The notes beneath the pieces are model-generated. The model was not told the DNA's origin. It searched no databases and was given only the letters and a program-made list of their open reading frames with translations. DNA of 62,609 nucleotides, filler included, from Deltaproteobacteria bacterium (GTDB taxonomy: Bacteria; JAEEML01), in assembly GCA_016283195.1 (NCBI GenBank). It is 4 parts of 4 records of this genome, joined end to end, with 100 filler letters (N's around TTAATTAATTAA, not from the genome) between each part and the next. Parts side by side here need not be neighbours in the genome. Positions count along the whole stretch, not along the records: positions 31,503 to 34,559 come from JAEEML010000123.1; positions 34,660 to 62,609 come from JAEEML010000125.1; 2 more parts are not named here. One strand, given 5' to 3'. Numbering within the stretch: position 1 is the stretch's first letter; every line of letters starts with the position of its first letter. Positions 31,941 to 40,900 of the stretch are shown one piece after another. The position numbers were made by a program, and so were the translations under genes.

Positions 31941-32067
31941 GAGCCGCCCTCGGCAAAACAAAAGGCAATAATTTCCACTTTAAATTAACTAGCTTTATTG
32001 GCTCATAAGAATGTGAAAGAGCATTGGGCGAATCTATTCCTTTTAAAAAAAGGGCCCTTACATAGAA

Positions 32068-32646
32068 TCAATATTTCAGCAAATAATAATAAAATGCGGC
32101 AAATTCCCTAAAAGCCGTGTATATATTTCTCAGCTCAAAATAATAATCAGCAGGGGCGCTGTTAATTTTTATGAGGCCGGCTTTTTTCATGGCCAGGTGT
32201 ATTCTCATCAGATGGGAATATTGTGAAATATTGATGACGCTTTCCAGCTTATTCTGGCGGAGAAAATTTTTTACAAATAAGACAGAATGTTCGGTATTTA
32301 TGCCGTTATTATCTACTACTATTTTGGCGCCGGGAATTTCTCCTTTTTTAATGAGGTAATCTTTCATTATGGCCGCCTCATCATGGCCATTAGGGTCAAT
32401 GCCGCCAGTAACAATGATAAAATTAGCCAATCCGGCATTATATACGGCAATGGTTTTATCTAATCTGGCTGCTAATCTTCTGGAAGGGGTTTTGTCCTTG
32501 TTGACTTTATTGCCATATACGACAATTACATCAGCTTTTTGCGCTTTAGCGGATAAGCCCCAAAAACTATTAATTACGGTATGCAGCAAGAAAAATGAAA
32601 CAAAACAAACGAATAGATATTTTGTAATTTTGAAAACTAGCTTCAT
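32068..32646 (-). CDS. YdcF/DUF218 (ElyC/SanA-like) protein
   Basis: ADVIVVYG, RLDKT, IIVTGG, EAAIMKDYL, NTEHS and HLMR motifs. Confidence 0.85.
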   Translation of the reverse strand: MKLVFKITKYLFVCFVSFFLLHTVINSFWGLSAKAQKADVIVVYGNKVNKDKTPSRRLAARLDKTIAVYNAGLANFIIVTGGIDPNGHDEAAIMKDYLIKKGEIPGAKIVVDNNGINTEHSVLFVKNFLRQNKLESVINISQYSHLMRIHLAMKKAGLIKINSAPADYYFELRNIYTAFREFAAFYYYLLKY

Positions 32647-32766
32647 TATAGCGCTTTCTTTCGTATATTTTTACTCTTTAAAGGCCTTATAAATACTCAC
32701 TGCCATCTCCCAGAATTTTAAAAACAGAGTGGCTTAATCTCGCTATTTTAAAAATTAGTCAGCTTT

Positions 32767-34119
32767 TTACTTGCTCAAAAGGCATACCGTCTCCACATGG
32801 CTGGTCATGGGGAACATATCCACCGGCTGCACTTTTTTAATTTGATACAGTCCATTTAGGTGTAAAAAAGCCAAATCGCGGGCAAGCGTTAGCGGATTAC
32901 AGCTAACATATATTATTTTAGCCGGCGCCATTTGGCAAATGGTGGCTAAAAGTCCCTGGTCGCAACCTTTGCGCGGCGGATCAACCACCACTACATCAGC
33001 CGCCGCTCCCGGTTTATCGAGGATTTTAGGCACAACTTCTTCCGCTTTACCGACATAAAAATCGGCATTAAGAATATTATTAAGACGGGCATTTTGCCGG
33101 GCGTTCTCGGTGGCTTCACCGATTATTTCCACTCCGAGAACCGCTTTGGCGTATCTAGCCAAAAAGAGGGCAATGGTGCCCGTGCCGCAGTAAAGATCCC
33201 AAACCGTTTCCCGGCCGGAAAGTTCAGCAAAATCAACCACTACCTGGTATAAAACCTCTGTTTGTTCCCCATTAATCTGGAAAAATGAGCGCGGGCCCAA
33301 GCGGAAATTTAAAGCCCCTATTTTTTCCTCAATATAAAGCGGGCCGTAAAGCGGTATAAGTTCCTGGCCAAGAACCGCGTTGCCCTTAGCGGTATTGACA
33401 CAGAGTGAAATACTCCTAACGCCGAGGGCTTTTAAGGCGGCTACCAGGCGCTCGCTCTGCGGCAAGCGGCGGCCATTAACAATGAGAGACACCAGCACCT
33501 CGCCGCTACCACGCGCTTCACGGATTAGCAGATGGCGCACTAATCCGCGGCCTGTCTGCTCGCTATAAAGCGAAATTTGCCCCTTTTCTAAAAAGGCCAG
33601 AATAGTTTTAACTATTTTGGCGGCTTTTGGGGTAGATAAAAGGCAATTATCCTGGGCTATGAGGCGGTGTGAGCGCTCACCATAAAAACCGGCTACATAG
33701 TGCCCGCCGGCCGTGTATCCCAAGGGCAAGAGAGTTTTATTCCGGTAATGCCAGGGATTTTTCATGCCCAGAACCGACGCTACCGGCAGAGATAAATCAT
33801 ACTTCTCAAGAGCGGCCATAACCTGGTCCCGTTTCCATTTAAGCTGGGCTTCATAGCGCATCATCATTAATTGACAGGCGCCGCATTTTTCGGCCAGCGG
33901 ACAAGGGGGATCACAGCGATCCGGCGAGGGAACAAGAAGGCGCCTGATGCGCCCGATATCCTGCTTTGGCCCCCGCTTTAGAAGCTGCACTTCCACCTGG
34001 TCTTTGGGAATGGCTCCTTTGACTATAAGTGGCCGTCCGTCTGCCAGGTATGCCAGGCCTTCACCGGCGGTTGTTAGATTAGTAATGGTGACTATTGGCC
34101 AGGGATTATGGGAGGTCAT
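32767..34119 (-). CDS. rlmD: 23S rRNA (uracil-5)-methyltransferase, RlmD/TrmA family
   Basis: TRAM domain, CPLAEKCGAC, SFFQIN, DLYCGTG, DPPRKG, YVSCNP and DMFP.T.HVE motifs. Confidence 0.92.
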   Translation of the reverse strand: MTSHNPWPIVTITNLTTAGEGLAYLADGRPLIVKGAIPKDQVEVQLLKRGPKQDIGRIRRLLVPSPDRCDPPCPLAEKCGACQLMMMRYEAQLKWKRDQVMAALEKYDLSLPVASVLGMKNPWHYRNKTLLPLGYTAGGHYVAGFYGERSHRLIAQDNCLLSTPKAAKIVKTILAFLEKGQISLYSEQTGRGLVRHLLIREARGSGEVLVSLIVNGRRLPQSERLVAALKALGVRSISLCVNTAKGNAVLGQELIPLYGPLYIEEKIGALNFRLGPRSFFQINGEQTEVLYQVVVDFAELSGRETVWDLYCGTGTIALFLARYAKAVLGVEIIGEATENARQNARLNNILNADFYVGKAEEVVPKILDKPGAAADVVVVDPPRKGCDQGLLATICQMAPAKIIYVSCNPLTLARDLAFLHLNGLYQIKKVQPVDMFPMTSHVETVCLLSK

Positions 34120-34558
34120 TTATTTGTGCCGCGTTTTGCCAGGCCGGGGCAGCCGGTTTACCAACCAAAAAGCCCTGTAAGAGCGGGCACCCCATCTTGG
34201 TAACAATAGCGCGTTGGTGTTCGGTTTCAATGCCCTCGGCCACCACCAGCATCTTTTCGCCGGCAGCATAGTCTAAAATATGGCGAATCAGGCGTGATCG
34301 CGGGCTATCTTCTTCGAGATGTTGCAAGAGCTCAAGATCAAGTTTCACCACATCCGGGCGCAGCTCAATAAGAGTGTTGAGGCTGGAATAGCCGGAGCCG
34401 AGATCGTCAAGAGCTATCGCAAAACCGGCCTCTCTAAGGGGCGCCAAAAGGCGATTCAGTTTGGTAAAATCATGGATAGCCTCGGTCTCGGTCACTTCAA
34501 AAACTATCTGCTTGGCGTATTTGCCAAAAGTGGCGGCAAGATGGTCAAAAAGGTCGGG
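34106..34558 (-). CDS. EAL-domain protein, C-terminal fragment
   Basis: IALDDLGSGYSSL, VKLD, VVAEGIET and QGFL motifs. Confidence 0.9.
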   Translation of the reverse strand, partial: PDLFDHLAATFGKYAKQIVFEVTETEAIHDFTKLNRLLAPLREAGFAIALDDLGSGYSSLNTLIELRPDVVKLDLELLQHLEEDSPRSRLIRHILDYAAGEKMLVVAEGIETEHQRAIVTKMGCPLLQGFLVGKPAAPAWQNAAQINDLP

Positions 34559-34559
34559 G

Positions 34560-34659
34560 NNNNNNNNNNNNNNNNNNNNNNNNNNNNNNNNNNNNNNNNN
34601 NNNTTAATTAATTAANNNNNNNNNNNNNNNNNNNNNNNNNNNNNNNNNNNNNNNNNNNN
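34560..34659. other. Artificial contig linker
   Basis: N run with a central TTAATTAATTAA. Confidence 0.98.
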
Positions 34660-34661
34660 CC

Positions 34662-34907
34662 ACTTTTGCCGGAAAGACTATTGTCAGTAGCCTTTTAAAA
34701 TTTATTCCCGGTGTCGGCAGTGTGGCCGGCGGCGCCATTGCCGCTACCACTTCGGTGGCTTTAACCGAATTAATGGGTCATGCTTTTATCGCTGTCATCA
34801 CCCAAGTGGCCAAAGGCAACCTCTCCATTGAGGATTTAGGCAACGATACCGGCATCCAAAAGATGAAAGAAGCCATCGAGCGGGAAAAAAGCGCCAAAAA
34901 AGGATAA
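34662..34907 (+). CDS. DUF697/YcjF-like protein, C-terminal fragment
   Basis: GKTIVSSLLKFIPGVGSVAGGAIAATT motif. Confidence 0.7.
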   Translation, partial: TFAGKTIVSSLLKFIPGVGSVAGGAIAATTSVALTELMGHAFIAVITQVAKGNLSIEDLGNDTGIQKMKEAIEREKSAKKG

Positions 34908-35034
34908 AAACATACCACGCTTTTCCCAACGAATTTTCTGAAAGATAAAAACCACATTCCGAGCCACTTTAAAGACACGCTGAATCACCGCTTTGAGCTT
35001 AACAGTGATAGAACCGGCAGCATTAATTATGCTG

Positions 35035-35910
35035 TTATTCCCAATACTGTTTTACCGGTTTTCTCTTTATACGCACCATCTTGCCGGCTTTTTTGTAATT
35101 GCTATCGCCTTGATATCTATACCAAAGCTCAACCTTCCCCGTAAAAATCCTATTTATCATATTTCTGGCAAAACCAAGACCCTCTCTATTCCACTCTTCC
35201 CAATTTACATTTTTATCTTTGCGCCTCTTAATCCAGCTTTTAAATTTTCTCTTTAATTCTTTGGTACCTTTATCGCTAGAGAAGCCCAAAAGCGCCATAA
35301 CCAATTTTCGCTCATAAAGGTTTACATAAGTCCATAATAATTCATCTTTCTTATTAAAAGATACTCTTTTACCATTTTCGTCTTCATAAATATAACGGCC
35401 AGTCGGGCATAAAATAATTTTTTGCTTAACTATTCCCTGTTCCTTGTGGTCCGGGCCTTCTGAAAAAGGCAAGTATAATTTTGCAAAATATTTGGCCGTA
35501 AGCCCCTTATCACTTCCGACATATTCCAGCCGTTTCTGCTCTGAAAACAGTTGTTTGAGCCTTTCCAAAACAGCTTTTACCTCTTCAATATATTGGTGGC
35601 GATCAAATTTGAATAAAACATTTTTACCATATCTGGTGATATCCCAATAAATTACCTCGCCTTTTATCTCATAAGAGTATGGCCCAAAGCCTACACAATC
35701 ACCCATTCCGCAAGTACAGGTAAGAACACCGCCAGACCCATTTACCCAGGAGAAAGAGCAAAAGCATGAATAAACCAAGCTGAATAAATCAACATATGCT
35801 GAGCAATTACAACCGTCCTCATTCACACTCTCATCGACAAAATAAAAGAGAGCACCCTGCTCATGTTTTATAATTAACTTCTGCCTGACGATCTTGGCAT
35901 ATTTTTTCAT
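35035..35910 (-). CDS. Hypothetical AT-rich protein
   Basis: Long ORF with an AGGAGG RBS and an LTCTCG..DCVGF Cys motif; low GC. Confidence 0.65.
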   Translation of the reverse strand: MKKYAKIVRQKLIIKHEQGALFYFVDESVNEDGCNCSAYVDLFSLVYSCFCSFSWVNGSGGVLTCTCGMGDCVGFGPYSYEIKGEVIYWDITRYGKNVLFKFDRHQYIEEVKAVLERLKQLFSEQKRLEYVGSDKGLTAKYFAKLYLPFSEGPDHKEQGIVKQKIILCPTGRYIYEDENGKRVSFNKKDELLWTYVNLYERKLVMALLGFSSDKGTKELKRKFKSWIKRRKDKNVNWEEWNREGLGFARNMINRIFTGKVELWYRYQGDSNYKKAGKMVRIKRKPVKQYWE

Positions 35911-36181
35911 TACTTCTCTCCTCCTTAGGCTTGGAAAAGCCACATCCCTTTTCAGTAATATTGGAGAAGACTATCAAAACTCGATAGTCTCAGTAAAAAA
36001 TTGCCCGCGCAATCCCTAATAAACACGAAAAATGTGGTCAGAACACACATCGCCTCCATTCAAGAATCCCCCCATTTCTTCCCCATAATCCACTAAGCAG
36101 CGCCACTATGCGGCTCAAATAGTAGCCGCCTTATAAAAAACACCGTAAAGCAATTTTGGGCTTATAAGGCGCTTTTTCCCC

Positions 36182-36210
36182 TTGTCCTTTAGGCAAAAAT
36201 TCCTTATAAA
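36182..36210 (+). promoter_or_regulatory. Putative sigma70 promoter
   Basis: TTGTCC-N17-TATAAA upstream of 36247. Confidence 0.45.
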
Positions 36211-36246
36211 GTCGCCTGGGTGCTAAGCGCCCAAGCGGAGGAATTT

Positions 36247-36540
36247 ATGAGCGATTGGGTCTTTTATTGCTGGAAATGTAAAAATTCCACAAATATGGTC
36301 GATAAAGTCATGCGGGCTGATACCTGCCCCCACTGCGGTGCCGATATGCACTCTTGCAAAAATTGCATGTACCACGACACCAATTATCACAATGAGTGCA
36401 AAGAGCATGTGGCTTTTTATGTGCCGGATAAAGAAAAGTTCAACTTTTGCGGTATGTTTGAGCCCCACGACGGCCCATTTGAGCCGGATGACGACATTGA
36501 CTTGGCCAAAGCGCGCCTAAAAGCCCTTTTCTCTAAATAA
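36247..36540 (+). CDS. Small Cys-rich metal-binding protein
   Basis: CWKC, CPHC, CKNC, ECKE and NFC motifs; GGAGG RBS. Confidence 0.8.
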   Translation: MSDWVFYCWKCKNSTNMVDKVMRADTCPHCGADMHSCKNCMYHDTNYHNECKEHVAFYVPDKEKFNFCGMFEPHDGPFEPDDDIDLAKARLKALFSK

Positions 36541-36570
36541 ATTTCACTTTTACCCCATTTGGTGCCAGCT

Positions 36571-37590
36571 ATGACTATTGCCCAAAGCATTGATGAGCTT
36601 AGAGCTCGCCATTTGCCGGCTATTATGCAACTTTTAGCCGCCGGCCCGCAGGAAATAACCCCAAAAAATTCCTCATTACTTGAAGAATGCGCCTATCAGC
36701 TAAATACCGGCGGCAAGCGCCTTAGAGCCCTTCTGCCCCTGGTAATTGCCCAGGCTCTCGGCAATGACCCGGCCAAACTTGTGCCCTTTGGCGCTGCCTG
36801 CGAAATGCTGCACAATGCCACTTTGGTGCACGATGATGTGCAAGACGGCGATGATGAGCGGCGCGGCGCCCCCACCGTGTGGAAGCGTTATGGCCTGCCG
36901 GCGGCCATCAACTGCGGCGATGCCATGTTTTATTATGCGCTTTCCCTGCTCTATACACTTGATATTACAGCCGAGCAAAAAGTAGCCCTGAGCTCGTTTT
37001 TTATGCAGGAGACTTTAAAAGTCATTAACGGCCAGGAGCTGGAATTTGCTCTGCAAAAGGCCGAAAATCCCACTCTAGCCCAATATAGCGTCATGGTGGA
37101 AGGCAAAACTTCCGGTCTCTTTGCCCTGCCCATTGTGGGGGCGGCTAAAATCTGCGGCGCCGCGCCGGCTATCCAAGAGGCGCTGGCTAACGCCGCTAAA
37201 TATTTGGGCATACTCTTTCAAATTCAGGATGATTTTTTAGACATCTACGGCCAAAAAGGGCGCGCTTTTGTCGGCAGTGATATTGCCGAGGGCAAGCGCT
37301 CGTTTTTGGCGCTTTATGCCCTGTCTGCCACTAAAGATCATGGCCGCCTAAGGGCTATTTTGGACACTCCGCGCAATGAAACTTCCAAGGAAATGATAGC
37401 CGAAGCCATTGCCATCTTTGACAGCGTGGATACGGCCGGCGCTGCCTTGCAAGAGATAAACACTTTAAAAAATAAAGCCATGGATGCCGTCTCCGCTACG
37501 CTCTTCCCTGGCGCTGCCGAGCTCATTAGCGCTATTGCCGATATGCTGCTTGTGGCTATAAAGGATGAGCCCCGCTTAATCACCGGCTAA
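36571..37590 (+). CDS. Polyprenyl diphosphate synthase
   Basis: GGKRLR, LVHDDVQDGDDERRG, GKTS and FQIQDDFLD motifs. Confidence 0.93.
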   Translation: MTIAQSIDELRARHLPAIMQLLAAGPQEITPKNSSLLEECAYQLNTGGKRLRALLPLVIAQALGNDPAKLVPFGAACEMLHNATLVHDDVQDGDDERRGAPTVWKRYGLPAAINCGDAMFYYALSLLYTLDITAEQKVALSSFFMQETLKVINGQELEFALQKAENPTLAQYSVMVEGKTSGLFALPIVGAAKICGAAPAIQEALANAAKYLGILFQIQDDFLDIYGQKGRAFVGSDIAEGKRSFLALYALSATKDHGRLRAILDTPRNETSKEMIAEAIAIFDSVDTAGAALQEINTLKNKAMDAVSATLFPGAAELISAIADMLLVAIKDEPRLITG

Positions 37591-37749
37591 GGCTTTTCCG
37601 GTGAGCACCCAGCGCCCTTTTTGCGCCGACCCCTCGCGAGAAATAAGCCCTTCATTCTTTAGTTTCCTGATATAGAATTTTACTAAATCACGTTTTATAC
37701 CCAGTTTTTCGGCCAGTTCGGTTTGCGAAATCTGCGGAATAGAAGGCAA
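37576..37749 (-). CDS. 57-aa winged-HTH mini-ORF or gene remnant
   Basis: Manual translation from TTG: (M)PSIPQISQTELAEKLGIKRDLVKFYIRKLKNEGLISREGSAQKGRWVLTGKALAGD*. Too short for the ORF track. Confidence 0.6.
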   Translation of the reverse strand: MPSIPQISQTELAEKLGIKRDLVKFYIRKLKNEGLISREGSAQKGRWVLTGKALAGD

Positions 37750-37754
37750 AAAGT

Positions 37755-37894
37755 GGCTCTTGGTGTGTAATTAGGAGTTTGTGACTTGGAAGTGAAGGGG
37801 AGAAGGAACGGTGACCGTCATATCGCGTACGAAAGAACCCGATTTTCACCAATTAGCCGCAGCTAAACTAGCTAAGCTAGTAACACCAAGAGCC
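37755..37894 (-). ncRNA. Candidate structured ncRNA, copy 2
   Basis: Perfect 12-bp closing stem GGCUCUUGGUGU/ACACCAAGAGCC. Hairpins CUAGC-UUA-GCUAG and UUAGC-UGCG-GCUAA, followed by ACUUUUU. Homologous to 11662-11797. Confidence 0.75.
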
Positions 37895-37943
37895 TAAGAA
37901 GTAATAGCATAATTTAAGAAAACCTCAACTCAAAATATAGAAA

Positions 37944-40900
37944 CTAGTATAGAACAGGAATAATATTAGCTTCACAATAGTCTGAGCTATAAGTGCACCA
38001 CTTGTCACTAAAGAGACTTACGTGCCCTTTGTTATTTCCTTTGCTGACGGTGAGAGCATCACTATTATCCAAAATACGGAATCCAGGAGATAGTTGACCG
38101 CGCTTACTAAAGCTCACAGAATTATATAATGTATAATCATGGTTGTGAATAACTGTTTTCTTGACAGATGCACTCGTTCCAGATGCATAAAGACAAGCAA
38201 TATCGCCATGAGCATTAAAGACCATCGCGTCACAGGAGGTAAGCGAACGATTAATATGGTTTTTCACAATCAGACCATTAAACTCTTTTGCAGATATACA
38301 TTCATTGGTTGATTTTTCAACAATGTGGTGTGCTCCATAAGACCAACTACGTTCCCCCCAGATATAATTATCTGTACCATCGAAAGTATATGTATAATTC
38401 TTGCAATACTTATCACCAGTAGTTTCGTATCTCCAAAAACATTGTGTAGAAATATTATAGTGTAAATGACTATCATAGTAGACATTATATCTTGTCTCTT
38501 TTACTTCGTTGCAATGATAATAATGCTGTCCCTTTACTTCCCACATTTGCCCCAACCAAGCATACATGCCTGGGCTACAGGTATTTTTGCTACCACTTTG
38601 GCGCTGAGCATAGCCGGAAGCGGTGTGGCGAGTTAAGAGCAAGAGCGTATTATCACTATTCATAGTAAATTTCTTACGGAAAGTGACGGGCGAAGCACTT
38701 TCACCACTCACGCCGCTAACGCTTACATAGGGCAGAGTAAGGTTGCTGCTGGTAAATTTCGCGCTGGTATCAAGCACATTCTTAGCCGTTGCAAACCAAG
38801 TAGCATCACTTACCGAGCTGGAGCAGCAAGAGACACCATTAAGGCTGGTTGATACATAGTAAGAAACCTCCGCCACACTACTTTCAGCTGCGCCATAAAC
38901 AGCCTTTATCTGAGTAGTATAAGGACCTTCCGGCTGTGAAGAATCTTTGCTCGGTTTACAATAGCCGCCGCTTTCGGCATCAATCCAGCTAGCAGAGCTA
39001 ATCCTGCTCTTTGGAGCCGAGCGACATTTAAAGGTGTAACCGGCGGTATTCAAATTATTATGCGTAAATTTAACACGCATGGCACTACCTGCCGGGTTTA
39101 ACCAGCCAACAACATCTTTGTGACAAGCGTTCTCAAATGGCATGGAGCTGCTAATTGTCGGAGCCACAATTGAAACTTTGGTATCACAATTAGCGCCCTG
39201 CCAGCCAGTCAAACAATACTGGCAATTTGTGGTAATATCAAAGTTACTATTACATGACACACACTTCGCAGTGCCGGAAGAATCCGAGCAAGTGCCATGG
39301 CCGTTACAGGTAGCCGAGGTACAAGCTGGTTCACAGCTGCCGTTGCCATCGTTATCCTGATAGCCGCTTTCACAAGCAGCACAGTGCTCGCCTGCCCAGT
39401 GGGAATTACAAGCACACTTGGCGCTGCCGCCAACTATAGAGCAAGTACCATGATTGCTGCAGCCACCAAAGGTGTTACAATCCGGGAGACAAGTACCGTT
39501 GCCATCGTTATCTTGATAGCCGCTTTCACAAGCTGCGCAATTCGGTGCTGCCCAGTGAGAATTACAACTGCAAGTGACCGAGCCACTGGCATCAGAGCAA
39601 GTGCCGTGGCTGTTACAGGTAGAAGAGGTACAAGCTGGTTCACAGCTACCGTTGCCATCGTTATCTTGGTAGCCGCTTTCACAAGCAGCGCAATTCGGTG
39701 CTGCCCAGTGGGAATTACAAGCACACTTGGCACTGCCGCTGCTATCAGAACAAGTGCCGTGGCCGTTACAGGTAGAAGATGTACAAGCTGGTTCACAGCT
39801 GCCGTTGCCATCGTTATCTTGATAGCCGCTTTCGCAAGCAGCACAGTGCTCGCCTGTCCAGTGGGGATTACAAGCACACTTGGCACTGCCGCTAACTATA
39901 GAGCAAGTTCCATGATTGCTGCAGCCGCCAAAGGTGTTACAATCCGGGAGACAGGTACCGTTACCATCGTTATCCTGATATCCGGAATCACAAGCGCAAT
40001 CAACACGGCCGGTAGTGCCGTTTACAAAACAGTGCGCGTTATCCTGACACGATAAATTAGCGGTGTCACAATTCGGTTCACAAGTTTGGTCGTTATTGAC
40101 ATCTTGATAGCCGGTGGCGCAAGCATCGCAATAGCGTCCTTGATAGCCATTGGCACAGGAACAAACCACTTCACCGGAGCCATCATTACAAGTACCGTGG
40201 CCATTACAATTACCGGCTGTGGCACAAGTGGGCAAACAGGAACCGTTGGTATCGTTATCCTGATAGCCGCTGTTACACTTACAAATAGCTTCGCCGCTGG
40301 TATCTTCGCAATGAGCATTGGAGCCACAAACTTTAGCAGAACAATCCGGGAGACAAATGCCGTCACCGTTGTTGTCTTGGTAACCGGCAGCACATTTGGT
40401 ACAAGAGCCGTTCTCATCTTTGGCATAACCTTCGCTACAAACACAGGTATTAGCCAATTCACCGCTACAGGTACCATGGCCGTTACAAACATTATTTACA
40501 CCGCCGGGGCAAGGTGTACAATCCGGGCCGGCATAACCGGGCAGACATTTGTCACAATTAATACCAGTAAAGCCATCTTTACATTCGTTACAATCAGTGC
40601 CTTTAAAGTGACCGTTACAAGTACAGCGGCCGTTTACATCACAAGTGCCGTGACCGTTACAGGCATTATCCGCTCCGCCTGGGCAGGGCTTGGAACAATC
40701 GCTGTCATACCAGCCATAAACACAGCTGTTACAAGCCGGATAACCGGTAAAGTGACCGTCACAACCGGAACAATCTTCGCCTTGCACATTATCTTGGCAA
40801 TGGCATTTGCCGTCGGCATCACAAGTACCTTGATTATTACAAATATTACCGATGCCGCCGGGACATTCCAAAGTACAGGTATTGCCATAATAGCCATAAG

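Noticed and set aside
37763-37768. ACACAC (minus strand) as a dinucleotide-repeat template for the RT
   Set aside because: It is conserved in both copies but mostly buried in the closing stem, and nothing else supports a template role.
37755-37894. The repeated element as a tRNA, simple terminator or MITE
   Set aside because: There is no cloverleaf or T-loop. The stem encloses ~115 nt of conserved structured sequence, unlike a terminator hairpin. The G-U-only pairs in copy 1 favour an RNA over DNA terminal repeats, and I see no target-site duplication.
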